From IMG/VR virus record IMGVR_UViG_3300025401_000648: 64,000 nucleotides of DNA. One strand, 5' to 3'. A model generated the notes under the pieces. That model saw only the letters and a list, made by a program, of their open reading frames with translations, was not told the origin of the DNA and did not search any database. The translations under genes and the position numbers were made by a program. This document shows, one piece after another, positions 30,140 to 38,973 of this stretch. The number at the start of each line of letters is the position of its first letter. The first letter of the stretch is position 1. Origin of the DNA: a virus (Duplodnaviria > Caudoviricetes).

Positions 30140-30319
30140 ATGAAAAAATTACTATTAGCAGTATCAATGTTAGCATTTTTAGGCACAGCATTTGCTGAAG
30201 CTGAAACAAAAAAAGTTTGTCATAATGAAGTTAAAAATGGCAAAACCGTTGAAGTTTGCAAAACTATCAAAGTACATAAAAAGCTAGAAGGCAATGACAA
30301 GGTCCCAGTTAAGAAATAA
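30140..30319 (+). CDS. Small secreted protein (below ORF-track cut-off)
   Basis: SD AAGGA; MKKLLLAVSMLAFLGTAFA signal peptide; 59 aa with two Cys. Confidence 0.75.
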   Translation: MKKLLLAVSMLAFLGTAFAEAETKKVCHNEVKNGKTVEVCKTIKVHKKLEGNDKVPVKK

Positions 30320-30326
30320 TTAATTC

Positions 30327-30371
30327 TTGACACTACACAAAAGGTATAGTATATTAGTTACTATACCTTTT
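30327..30371 (+). promoter_or_regulatory. Sigma70-type promoter overlapped by 12-bp inverted repeat
   Basis: TTGACA-17-TATATT; AAAAGGTATAGT-N9-ACTATACCTTTT at 30339-30371. Confidence 0.7.
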
Positions 30372-30381
30372 CTTATCACAT

Positions 30382-31200
30382 ATGGCAGATCATTATCAAA
30401 CATTAGGCGTAGATAAAAACGCAAGCGCAGACGATATCAAACGAGCATATCGAAAACTTGCCAGTCAGCATCACCCTGATAAAGGTGGCGATACTCGTAA
30501 GTTCCAAGAAGTTGAAGAAGCATATCGTACGCTAAGTAATCCCGAATCTCGAGCACAATACGATAATCCACAGCCACAATTTGGGGGTGGGTTTGGCGGT
30601 ATGCCTCCAGGATTTGACGATATAGTAAGTCAAATGTTTGGGCACAGTAGCCCATTTGGGTGGGGTCGTCCCCAACAACCAAGAAACAGAACATTAAACA
30701 TACAAACTTCTATCACATTGGAAGAAGCATTTTATGGCAAAGACATGATTGCCAATCTGCAATTACCCAGTGGACGAGACCAAGTATTAGAAATTAAAAT
30801 ACCGGCAGGTATCATAGACGGCACAACATTAAGACTAGCCGGCATGGGCGATGACTCTGTGTCTAATGCTCCAAGAGGAGATATACATTTAACAATCAGT
30901 GTTCAACCACACAGTAAATTCACACGCCAAGGTGATGACCTTGTAATGAATCTTAAGTTGAATTGTATAGATGCTATTTTAGGTAAGACTGAAACAGTTA
31001 CTACTATTGATAACAAAACATTGGACATTAAGATCAATCCAGGTACACAGCATGGACAAATGCTAGCGGCATCTGGTTATGGTATGCCTAAAATGGCAGA
31101 CAACCGATTCAAAGGCAGGATGCTGGTACAAATACAAATTGTTATTCCCGCAAATCTTACACCAGCACAATTAGATAAATTAAAAAACTTATATAACTAA
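30382..31200 (+). CDS. dnaJ: DnaJ/CbpA-type chaperone (no Zn finger)
   Basis: DHYQTLGV, IKRAYRKLASQHHPDKGG (HPD), G/F region, C-terminal RGDIHL and GMP motifs. Confidence 0.92.
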   Translation: MADHYQTLGVDKNASADDIKRAYRKLASQHHPDKGGDTRKFQEVEEAYRTLSNPESRAQYDNPQPQFGGGFGGMPPGFDDIVSQMFGHSSPFGWGRPQQPRNRTLNIQTSITLEEAFYGKDMIANLQLPSGRDQVLEIKIPAGIIDGTTLRLAGMGDDSVSNAPRGDIHLTISVQPHSKFTRQGDDLVMNLKLNCIDAILGKTETVTTIDNKTLDIKINPGTQHGQMLAASGYGMPKMADNRFKGRMLVQIQIVIPANLTPAQLDKLKNLYN

Positions 31201-31204
31201 TATT

Positions 31205-31726
31205 ATGAACATAGTAAAATTTCCAGATCCTATACTACGAGAAAAAATAGAAGAATTTGATTTTACCAATCCTCCTATTGATCCAGAGCAGTTAGAAAAA
31301 GATATGATAGAACTTATGTTGAAACATGACGGCATAGGTTTGGCAGCAACACAGGTTGGTATTAGGGCCAGGATGTTTGTCATGGGGCATACTGAATATC
31401 CCGAACAGGCACAGGCATTTTATAACCCCGTAGTTGTTGCTAACACAGAAGCAGTGGAAGATTTAGAGGAAGGGTGTTTGAGTTTTCCAGGCATTTTTGT
31501 TAACATTAAAAGGCCTAAGGCAATTAAAGCTAGATGGCAAAATAGTAAAGGAGAGTGGCAAGAAAGTGAATTCGACGGATACAACTGTAAATGTTTCCTA
31601 CATGAATTAGATCATTTAGAAGGCATTGTGTTTCAAGATAGAGTTAGTACATTAAAATGGTCATTGGCTGTTAAAAAATCAAAACCCAAAAAACCAAGAA
31701 CTATAAGAGTAAAAAGGAAATATTAA
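31205..31726 (+). CDS. def: Peptide deformylase
   Basis: GIGLAATQVG, EGCLSFPG, HELDHLEG. Confidence 0.95.
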   Translation: MNIVKFPDPILREKIEEFDFTNPPIDPEQLEKDMIELMLKHDGIGLAATQVGIRARMFVMGHTEYPEQAQAFYNPVVVANTEAVEDLEEGCLSFPGIFVNIKRPKAIKARWQNSKGEWQESEFDGYNCKCFLHELDHLEGIVFQDRVSTLKWSLAVKKSKPKKPRTIRVKRKY

Positions 31727-31728
31727 TA

Positions 31729-33993
31729 ATGTTAGAACCCAGCAAGGACCTAGAAAAGATTTTTGAGAAGGCAGTATCTGAAGCCTCTGAAAGACATCAT
31801 GAATATATTACCATAGAACATATATTACATAGTATGGTCCAAAATGAATCATTTGTTAATATTCTAAAGGCATTTGGTGCCGATGTGGATACATTAAAAC
31901 AAGATATTACAAACTACGTTGACAATGAGTTAACAGAGCTAGTCAACGAGCAAGCAATTAAGCCTAGAAAAACAAATACTGTTGATAGGATGCTACATCG
32001 TTCTTTTAAAAATGTAATGATGAACAAGCGTCAAATTATTGAACCAGTTGATTGCTTTATCAGTATGCTAGATGAAAAGAAAAGTTTCGCAAACTTTTTT
32101 ATTCAAAAAGCAAAAATAGATAAAGATAAATTTATTACTTTCTTAAACAAAGAATCAATCATCGAGGAAGAAGAAGCCAACGCAGAACATGCGGATCGAT
32201 TGGAAAGAATGATTATACAATTCTGCTTAAATTTAAGTGCCCGTGCTAAGGCCAAAAAGATTGATCCAGTGATTGGTCGAGAAAAAGAGATTGAAGAAAT
32301 CCAATTAGTGTTAGCCCGACGAACCAAGGCCAATGCTATCTTGATTGGAGATCCAGGCGTAGGTAAAACTGCTATCGCTGAAGGACTAGCCCGTAAAATA
32401 CATGAAGGCAAGGTTCCTAAATTTATTCAAAATCATGTGGTCTATAGTTTAGATATCAGTGCCATGCTGGCTGGTAGTAAGTACCGTGGCGATTTTGAAG
32501 AAAGACTAAAAACTGTCATCAATGCTCTTGAAAAGAAAGGCAACTGTATTTTGTTCATTGACGAAGCACACATGATGAGTGGTGCTGGAGCAAGTAGTAG
32601 CGGCAGTAATGATATGGCCAATATGCTTAAATCAGCATTGGGCAAAGGCGGCATTAAGGTTATTGCTAGTACTACCTGGGATGAATATAGAAAGTATTTT
32701 GAAAAGGACCGGGCTTTAATGCGTCGATTCCAACGTGTTACTATCGATGAACCAGATGAAGACACTGCCATTAAAATTATCAAAGGTCTTAGAAAGTATT
32801 ACGAAAAACATCACGGTGTTAAAATTACCAACCAGGCTGTAATTGATTCCGTCAAGTATTCTGTCAAATATATCAGTGATAAAAAATTACCTGATAAGGC
32901 TATTGATCTGATTGACTGTGCCTGTGCTAGATTCAAGATACGTGATGAAGAAAATGGTGTTGTTGATCATGCTGAGATATTATTTGAAATCAGCAAAATT
33001 TCTAATTTGCCACTGGAGCAAATTACTAATAAAGAAACTGCCAACATGGCCAATTTAGAAAAGAACATGAAGGCCAAAGTTTACGGACAAGAAAAGGCCA
33101 TTGAAAGTCTATTGGATAAAGTCTTTATTGCTCAGGCAGGTCTCAAATCATTAAACAAACCTGTAGGCACGTTCCTATTTGTTGGACCAACTGGTGTAGG
33201 TAAGACCGAAGCCGCTAAACAACTTGCCAGCAACCTAGGAGTCAAACTTGTTCGTTTTGATATGAGTGAATATCAGGAACAACATAGTGTATCTAAATTT
33301 ATTGGGGCTCCTCCAGGATATGTTGGTTTTGAAGATAATGCTGGCCAACTTATCACACAGCTACAGGAAAATCCTAATTGTGTGTTGTTGTTAGATGAAG
33401 TAGAAAAAGCTCACCCCAGTGTGCTTACTGTGTTACTACAGTTAATGGACAATGGGTTTATCACAGGCAGTAATGGTAAGAAGGCCGACGGTCGCAATGC
33501 TATTATTATTATGACCAGTAACCTGGGTGCTAGTGATGCTGAAAAGAATTCAGTAGGATTTGGTAGTTTAGAACGTGATGGTGATCCTAAAGATGCTGTC
33601 AACAAATTCTTTGCTCCAGAGTTCCGCAATCGCCTAGATGGTATCATCCGCTTTGGCAAGTTGGATCACGCTACTATGATTATGATTGTTAAGAAGTTTA
33701 TTGACGAGCTTAACCAATTGGTTGGTGATAAAAACATATTTGTCAAACCTACGGAGCTAGCATTAGACTATCTAGTGAACAAGGGATTTGATAGCAAAAT
33801 GGGTGCTCGTCCGTTACAGCGTACTATCGACGATATGATTAAACGCCCATTAAGTAAAGAAATATTGTTTGGCCGGTTAACCAATGGTGGTATTGTTGAA
33901 ATTGATATTGTCGATGACAAAATAATATTAAACTTTATTGATCCATTACCTATTCCAGATAAGCCTGTTGTAGATAGCGCTGAAACTATCTAA
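31729..33993 (+). CDS. clpA: ClpA-like AAA+ chaperone
   Basis: N-domain HEYITIEH; GDPGVGKT/LFIDEAH; GPTGVGKT/LLDEVEK; SVGF loop; FAPEFRNRLD; GARPL. Confidence 0.92.
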   Translation: MLEPSKDLEKIFEKAVSEASERHHEYITIEHILHSMVQNESFVNILKAFGADVDTLKQDITNYVDNELTELVNEQAIKPRKTNTVDRMLHRSFKNVMMNKRQIIEPVDCFISMLDEKKSFANFFIQKAKIDKDKFITFLNKESIIEEEEANAEHADRLERMIIQFCLNLSARAKAKKIDPVIGREKEIEEIQLVLARRTKANAILIGDPGVGKTAIAEGLARKIHEGKVPKFIQNHVVYSLDISAMLAGSKYRGDFEERLKTVINALEKKGNCILFIDEAHMMSGAGASSSGSNDMANMLKSALGKGGIKVIASTTWDEYRKYFEKDRALMRRFQRVTIDEPDEDTAIKIIKGLRKYYEKHHGVKITNQAVIDSVKYSVKYISDKKLPDKAIDLIDCACARFKIRDEENGVVDHAEILFEISKISNLPLEQITNKETANMANLEKNMKAKVYGQEKAIESLLDKVFIAQAGLKSLNKPVGTFLFVGPTGVGKTEAAKQLASNLGVKLVRFDMSEYQEQHSVSKFIGAPPGYVGFEDNAGQLITQLQENPNCVLLLDEVEKAHPSVLTVLLQLMDNGFITGSNGKKADGRNAIIIMTSNLGASDAEKNSVGFGSLERDGDPKDAVNKFFAPEFRNRLDGIIRFGKLDHATMIMIVKKFIDELNQLVGDKNIFVKPTELALDYLVNKGFDSKMGARPLQRTIDDMIKRPLSKEILFGRLTNGGIVEIDIVDDKIILNFIDPLPIPDKPVVDSAETI

Positions 33994-33998
33994 AAGTG

Positions 33999-34033
33999 TC
34001 CTGATTTAGCATAAATACTTGTCTAAATCAGGA
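33999..34033 (+). promoter_or_regulatory. Late promoter inside the loop of an SD-sequestering hairpin
   Basis: TCCTGATTTAG (33999-34009) / CTAAATCAGGA (34023-34033), 11 bp; TAAATA 34012-34017 in loop; AGGA is the SD of the 34040 gene. Confidence 0.7.
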
Positions 34034-34039
34034 ACCTAT

Positions 34040-34447
34040 ATGTCAGCCCTAAGTCAAAGTTTAACATTTCCTATATACAATAGCACTTCAAGTGTACAGG
34101 TTGTATATCCAAATTCAGCCACTAATACTATGAACTATATTAGTTATCAAGTGGAAGGGGATGGCTACTATGGCGCTAGTGATGGATTACATACTGTGAT
34201 GTATACAACCACAGACAACTTTGTTGGCACAGTGACCATGCAGGCCAGTTTGGCCACTGTTCCTGCTGATAGTGATTGGTTTACAGTTAATGGTACTACT
34301 TTTGTTGTTAGTACCAGCACATATTACGATAATATTTCAAGTTCTAGCACAGTAAATTGCTACAATTTCACCGGTAACTTTGTATGGGTCCGCGGAGTCG
34401 TAGCCATCAATAATGGTACTGTCGAGTCCATACTCTATAATCACTAA
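34040..34447 (+). CDS. Probable virion structural protein
   Basis: Beta-rich Thr/Ser composition, late promoter; start moved to ATG 34040. Confidence 0.6.
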   Translation: MSALSQSLTFPIYNSTSSVQVVYPNSATNTMNYISYQVEGDGYYGASDGLHTVMYTTTDNFVGTVTMQASLATVPADSDWFTVNGTTFVVSTSTYYDNISSSSTVNCYNFTGNFVWVRGVVAINNGTVESILYNH

Positions 34448-34520
34448 ATTTCTATTTGGTAAAAGTTGAATAAATAGTTTATATGTTGAGCTACGGCCAA
34501 CAATTTTAAAGTAGACTACT

Positions 34521-34895
34521 ATGAAACTAATGGAATTTTTCGGCAAGCCCGTCGATATCAACAAAGAAATGTCCAAGGATCGTGAAGATTCTAAAATAGG
34601 TGATGATTTATTCTGGTTCATTGTCGATCATGATCGACTACACAAGGATTTCTTTCATCCTATTGCTGTAAAAATTCACCGAGCACAAAAATCTAATAAA
34701 CTAGATAAAGAAGAAATTGTCAAAGATTTTATGCCCATGGTTATTAAAGGGTGTAAAGAGTTTTTTAGAAAACATAAAATGCTAGGCAACATTAAAGAAA
34801 CTTTCCCCAAAGAACTACGCAAAGATGTTTGCGAAAAACTATTTGATCATTATCGTGAAGATATTATCAAAGGCAAATATAAGATAGGAATTTAA
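34521..34895 (+). CDS. Hypothetical late protein (MKLMEFF N-terminus)
   Basis: TAAATA at 34471; 124 aa. Confidence 0.7.
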   Translation: MKLMEFFGKPVDINKEMSKDREDSKIGDDLFWFIVDHDRLHKDFFHPIAVKIHRAQKSNKLDKEEIVKDFMPMVIKGCKEFFRKHKMLGNIKETFPKELRKDVCEKLFDHYREDIIKGKYKIGI

Positions 34896-34896
34896 T

Positions 34897-37800
34897 ATGT
34901 TTCTAAGAGATATTTTTAAACGTATAGTTGTTGAAGGTGGCAATTTAGAATTACCTAATCCTCAAAACGCCAACGAACCACATCGTGCTGATGAAATAGA
35001 TCTACAGGTTCACAACCGTAGTTTTATAGTTCCAATATTAGATAAACTATTAAAAGACATCAACAATTCATTTAAGGCCAAATATAAAACTCCTATTTGG
35101 AGTCAAGACCTTTTGACCAGCAAACAATTTTTAGGCGGCAGTAGTTTACATTTCTTCAATACCAAAGGCATCAACGATCAACAATTTACTGCCAAGAAGC
35201 CCAAGGTAGGTGATATCGATACGCAGTGCAATAAAGAACAAGAAGAACAAATAAAAGAATTTTTAACTGTTTATACAAATAAACAAATTGGTGACACAAC
35301 GTTATTGGGATTTAGCGCAGGCAATGAACAATTCAATGCCCTGTTTCAATTCCAAGATCCGCCAATGAAAATACAGGTTGATTTTGAGTTTGGCCGATAT
35401 AATCCAGAAACAAACACACCAGATGAGTGGTTTAGATTCAGTCATAATAGTGAATGGAATGATATTGATGCCGGTATCAAGGGAGTGTTCCACAAATATC
35501 TTTATAGATCTTTAAGTGGTATATCGTCACGTAGAGCATATATTGCCAAACTGGCAGGACGTGGTAAAGCACGTGCCATACAAATTTCTGATGAACCAGA
35601 AGAAGTTAACTTAATCTCTTTTGCTGTGGCAAGCAAACAAGGTGGTGGTGTTAGTCAAAAATATAAACCCTATATTGATCCAAATACCAATAAGCCCATG
35701 GTGAAAGATAATTTACCAGTATTGGAGCCAGTAGCGCCTGCTGATAGACAATATGAACAAAGATTAAGCAAACAATTTGAAATGTTTTTTGGCCGTGTTC
35801 CTACTCCTGAAGATTCTAAACTACAACAAAGTTTTTTAGGCACATTAGACTTAATTAACAGATATGTTGAAAATTCTAAAAAGGCAGGAATAGTTGAAGA
35901 TTTCTTAGATATTTGTTTTGAACAAGGTAGTCAAATGATTACCCGAGACGATCCTAAACGTGATGCTGAAACTAAATTTATAGCCATAGATGTAATGCTA
36001 GAAAAATTAGGCATGCGATCCATGCGCCCCAAGGCCATTGAAATGGCCAAGGCCTATGAGCAAGATTATAATGATGTCGAAGCATTTAAGAAAGCCAATC
36101 CAGGTGTATCACAACCACGTGCCGCGATGAAAAAAATGGCTGTTCGAGAAGCTGAAGGTGATGCCCCGGCAGTTAAAGCACAACTACGCAAAGGTATGCC
36201 TCACCTTCGTGATCTAAAACCTGCGGACTTTTTAGATCTAATCGATGAGTTACATGATGGCAATGGTAATTTTAAATTACAAAATATTCCATTAAATGTC
36301 AAAATAGATGGATTTGGTGGACGCTTTGGTAAAAACGCAGATGGTAAACCATTCATGGGCACTAGCCGTACTGAGCCACGTTACGAGCCAGGTTTTCTAA
36401 AGTATCATCAAGAAAAAGGCACAACTGATCCAGAAATATTGGGTCGCGCTCAATCTTTTGACAAGTTGTTTGATGAAATGATGAACGCTATTAAAGTAGT
36501 TGATAGTACTTTAGGTCCAGATTTTCTAAAAGATAGACAGGTCACCTGCGAGGTATTATTTTTACCATTTGCCACACAAACTGAAGAAGGCAAATTAAAA
36601 TTTGTAGGTATTGAATATGATCAACTGCCAAAAGGTGTTAATCTTGTGCTGGTACCTTTTCGCATTGTAGAAGGTAGTACAGGTGAGGACATACCTGACA
36701 GTGACAGAGTTATTCAAGAATTATCAAACTTAGGACAGAATGGTAGTGTGGCATTCATGAGCAACAGGCTGGTACAAAAACAAGGCTTGGATGTTACAGA
36801 AATTATCAACCCGTTAGACAACATTGAAGAATTAAAACAAATTGTCAGCGGAGCCGCAGGTAAACGAGACAAAGCCAGTTTACAACTGCGTAGAGAAGTT
36901 GAGGAAAAGTTAAAGCCTATACAAATAGCATTAGAAAAAGCCATTGATGAAGATCCTAACATTATTGGCAAAGACATGTTGGGGCAAGACTACGAGGGTA
37001 TTGTTATCAATAGTCGATTGGGACCAATCAAGGTCACAAGTCAACGCCAAAAAGATATTATCACCGCTAAGAATGCCGCTAAGAAAAATGCCCGTACAGA
37101 ACGCCCACGCAGTGAAAACAAAACAGCAGTAGTGGCCATTGGCAGTTTTGTTGGACATAAAGGCCATCAACAATTATTTGATTACACAATTAAGAAGGCC
37201 AAGGAATTGAATGGCGACCCGTATTTGTTTATGGGCAATGCTGTAGGAAAAGATGATCCAATTCCAGTCGCTGATAAAATTAAAACTTGGCAAATGCTGT
37301 ATCCACAATATGCCAACAATATCAGTGCTGTAACAATGGAAGGTGGAACACTCATGCAGAAAATCAAACATGAGTTAATCAATCCATTGCCAGGTAAACT
37401 GCCACGCTATGATAACATTATTATTATGGTTGGGGAAGATCAGGCCAAGATGCCAATAGCAGGCGCATTGATGAAAGCAGTTAATAAATTTCCAGGCTAT
37501 GAGAATGTCAAAGTTCATTTAGAAGTTACCCCGCGTGGAACTGGAATGAGTTTTACCAAATTACGTGATATTTTAAAAACAGGTAATCCTGATCAAGCAT
37601 TTCAATTATGGAATGATGCGTTTAACGGTGGTCAGTTTGGTGCCAAACAACTACCACCAGAATGGATACGACACCTAATGGATGTAACAAGGAACGGTAT
37701 GGGAATCAAAGAGCCACAAAAACAACAACCTGTTGCTGAACAGAGGTTGTTTAATTCGTTGTTGCGCCCACAAGTAAAGAAAGAAAAGCAAGGTGTGGCG

Positions 37801-38298
37801 GAGACTACAGGAGATAAACCGTTTGATAACATGATGAAAACTATTAAAACGGGTACAAAAAAACAAGCCACCGCAGATAGACGAGAACAAAAAAAGCAAG
37901 ATCAAGAAAGAACAAGAGCCGCTATTAGCAATATGTTTGGCAATAGTATGGATCACTTAAAAAATTTAAAAATTAAAGAGCGAAGTGTGGCAGAAAAGAT
38001 GATGCCTGCCGGTAATTTTTCTAGCACACCCAAAAACAAACTAGGCCCAGCAGGACAGCTAAAGGGCAAGATGAAGCGTCCAGCACGGGCAGGTGATCTA
38101 GTGGGTGGTGCTGAAGAAAGTTATGACGGCGGTAGTTATACCTCACACAAACCAGGATTTGGTGGACAAGGTAGATACACTGATTCTGTGAGAACACAGT
38201 TTAATATTGGTGAAAACAAACTAGTGCCTATTGGTGAAGATCTAGAATTAAAAATGGCCGAAGCTGTGTTAAAACTGATGGAAAATACCTTAAAATGA
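34897..38298 (+). CDS. Multidomain nucleotidyltransferase: pol-beta-type NTase + ligase-type (KxDG) NTase + HxGH cytidylyltransferase/NMNAT-like domain
   Basis: GGSS...GDIDT...QVD; KIDG...CEVLF...EGIVI...IKV; GSFVGHKGH; low-complexity C-tail with QGVAE. Confidence 0.7.
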   Translation: MFLRDIFKRIVVEGGNLELPNPQNANEPHRADEIDLQVHNRSFIVPILDKLLKDINNSFKAKYKTPIWSQDLLTSKQFLGGSSLHFFNTKGINDQQFTAKKPKVGDIDTQCNKEQEEQIKEFLTVYTNKQIGDTTLLGFSAGNEQFNALFQFQDPPMKIQVDFEFGRYNPETNTPDEWFRFSHNSEWNDIDAGIKGVFHKYLYRSLSGISSRRAYIAKLAGRGKARAIQISDEPEEVNLISFAVASKQGGGVSQKYKPYIDPNTNKPMVKDNLPVLEPVAPADRQYEQRLSKQFEMFFGRVPTPEDSKLQQSFLGTLDLINRYVENSKKAGIVEDFLDICFEQGSQMITRDDPKRDAETKFIAIDVMLEKLGMRSMRPKAIEMAKAYEQDYNDVEAFKKANPGVSQPRAAMKKMAVREAEGDAPAVKAQLRKGMPHLRDLKPADFLDLIDELHDGNGNFKLQNIPLNVKIDGFGGRFGKNADGKPFMGTSRTEPRYEPGFLKYHQEKGTTDPEILGRAQSFDKLFDEMMNAIKVVDSTLGPDFLKDRQVTCEVLFLPFATQTEEGKLKFVGIEYDQLPKGVNLVLVPFRIVEGSTGEDIPDSDRVIQELSNLGQNGSVAFMSNRLVQKQGLDVTEIINPLDNIEELKQIVSGAAGKRDKASLQLRREVEEKLKPIQIALEKAIDEDPNIIGKDMLGQDYEGIVINSRLGPIKVTSQRQKDIITAKNAAKKNARTERPRSENKTAVVAIGSFVGHKGHQQLFDYTIKKAKELNGDPYLFMGNAVGKDDPIPVADKIKTWQMLYPQYANNISAVTMEGGTLMQKIKHELINPLPGKLPRYDNIIIMVGEDQAKMPIAGALMKAVNKFPGYENVKVHLEVTPRGTGMSFTKLRDILKTGNPDQAFQLWNDAFNGGQFGAKQLPPEWIRHLMDVTRNGMGIKEPQKQQPVAEQRLFNSLLRPQVKKEKQGVAETTGDKPFDNMMKTIKTGTKKQATADRREQKKQDQERTRAAISNMFGNSMDHLKNLKIKERSVAEKMMPAGNFSSTPKNKLGPAGQLKGKMKRPARAGDLVGGAEESYDGGSYTSHKPGFGGQGRYTDSVRTQFNIGENKLVPIGEDLELKMAEAVLKLMENTLK

Positions 38299-38606
38299 AG
38301 CAATTTAGGATTACTTCAGAAAATAGCCAACCCATAGACAGTAGTGAAGATTGTGTACTACCTCCAGACGACTATGCTCACGAGCTAAAGCGTTTACAGT
38401 ATTTGGGCGGTTTAGGTGGAGAGGCAAGGCTTCAAGAATACCGTGCTCATCAAAATGCGGTAAATAAAGGAAGCAATGTCAGTGTTACAGGTACTGAAAA
38501 GGCTCAACTGATGAAGCAGAATAATATTAAACCAGGAACTCCAGAATGGTTTCAACTTTGGTTTAGTAGACCGTATCTAACACATGAGAAACCAGTAGGA
38601 AAATAA
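38295..38606 (+). CDS. Hypothetical protein
   Basis: 103 aa, ATGA overlap. Confidence 0.75.
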   Translation: MKQFRITSENSQPIDSSEDCVLPPDDYAHELKRLQYLGGLGGEARLQEYRAHQNAVNKGSNVSVTGTEKAQLMKQNNIKPGTPEWFQLWFSRPYLTHEKPVGK

Positions 38607-38607
38607 T

Positions 38608-38973
38608 ATGAGAGCAAAAGAATTTATCCGTGAATCATTAGGGTCACAAAACATGGCCAAGGATCAAGTGACTAGTATTCCTAATGCTCACTATTTTCCT
38701 GATTTGGATAACAGTAGTGGTTATGAAGCATATCGTTGGGGTGTGGCTTTGGCAGGTATGCCAGATTACCCAATGCCGCAAGATGGCACTACAGGACAAA
38801 AATTAGTTACAATTGGCTATACTGAAGCAGATGATTTAATTATAGACAGCACCAGTAAATTATTTGGTGCTAGAAAAGTAAGATTGACCCCACGCGGTAG
38901 TACAGAGTTGAAAGACACAAACAAAACTAGCCCCGTGGCTAATTGGATGGGAAAAGAGAAAAACAATGACTAA
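38608..38973 (+). CDS. Hypothetical protein with CTS-like N-terminus (MRAKEFIRES)
   Basis: Resembles T4 internal-protein capsid-targeting sequence MKTYQEFIAE. Confidence 0.7.
   Translation: MRAKEFIRESLGSQNMAKDQVTSIPNAHYFPDLDNSSGYEAYRWGVALAGMPDYPMPQDGTTGQKLVTIGYTEADDLIIDSTSKLFGARKVRLTPRGSTELKDTNKTSPVANWMGKEKNND

Noticed and set aside
32103-33659. Antisense ORFs inside clpA (and similar ones inside polB and moxR)
   Set aside because: Typical reverse-frame shadows of highly conserved genes.
37789-37802. Chi-like recombination hotspot reading of GGTGTGGCGG
   Set aside because: Does not match E. coli Chi (GCTGGTGG) and appears confined to the cargo-protein locus rather than dispersed through the window.
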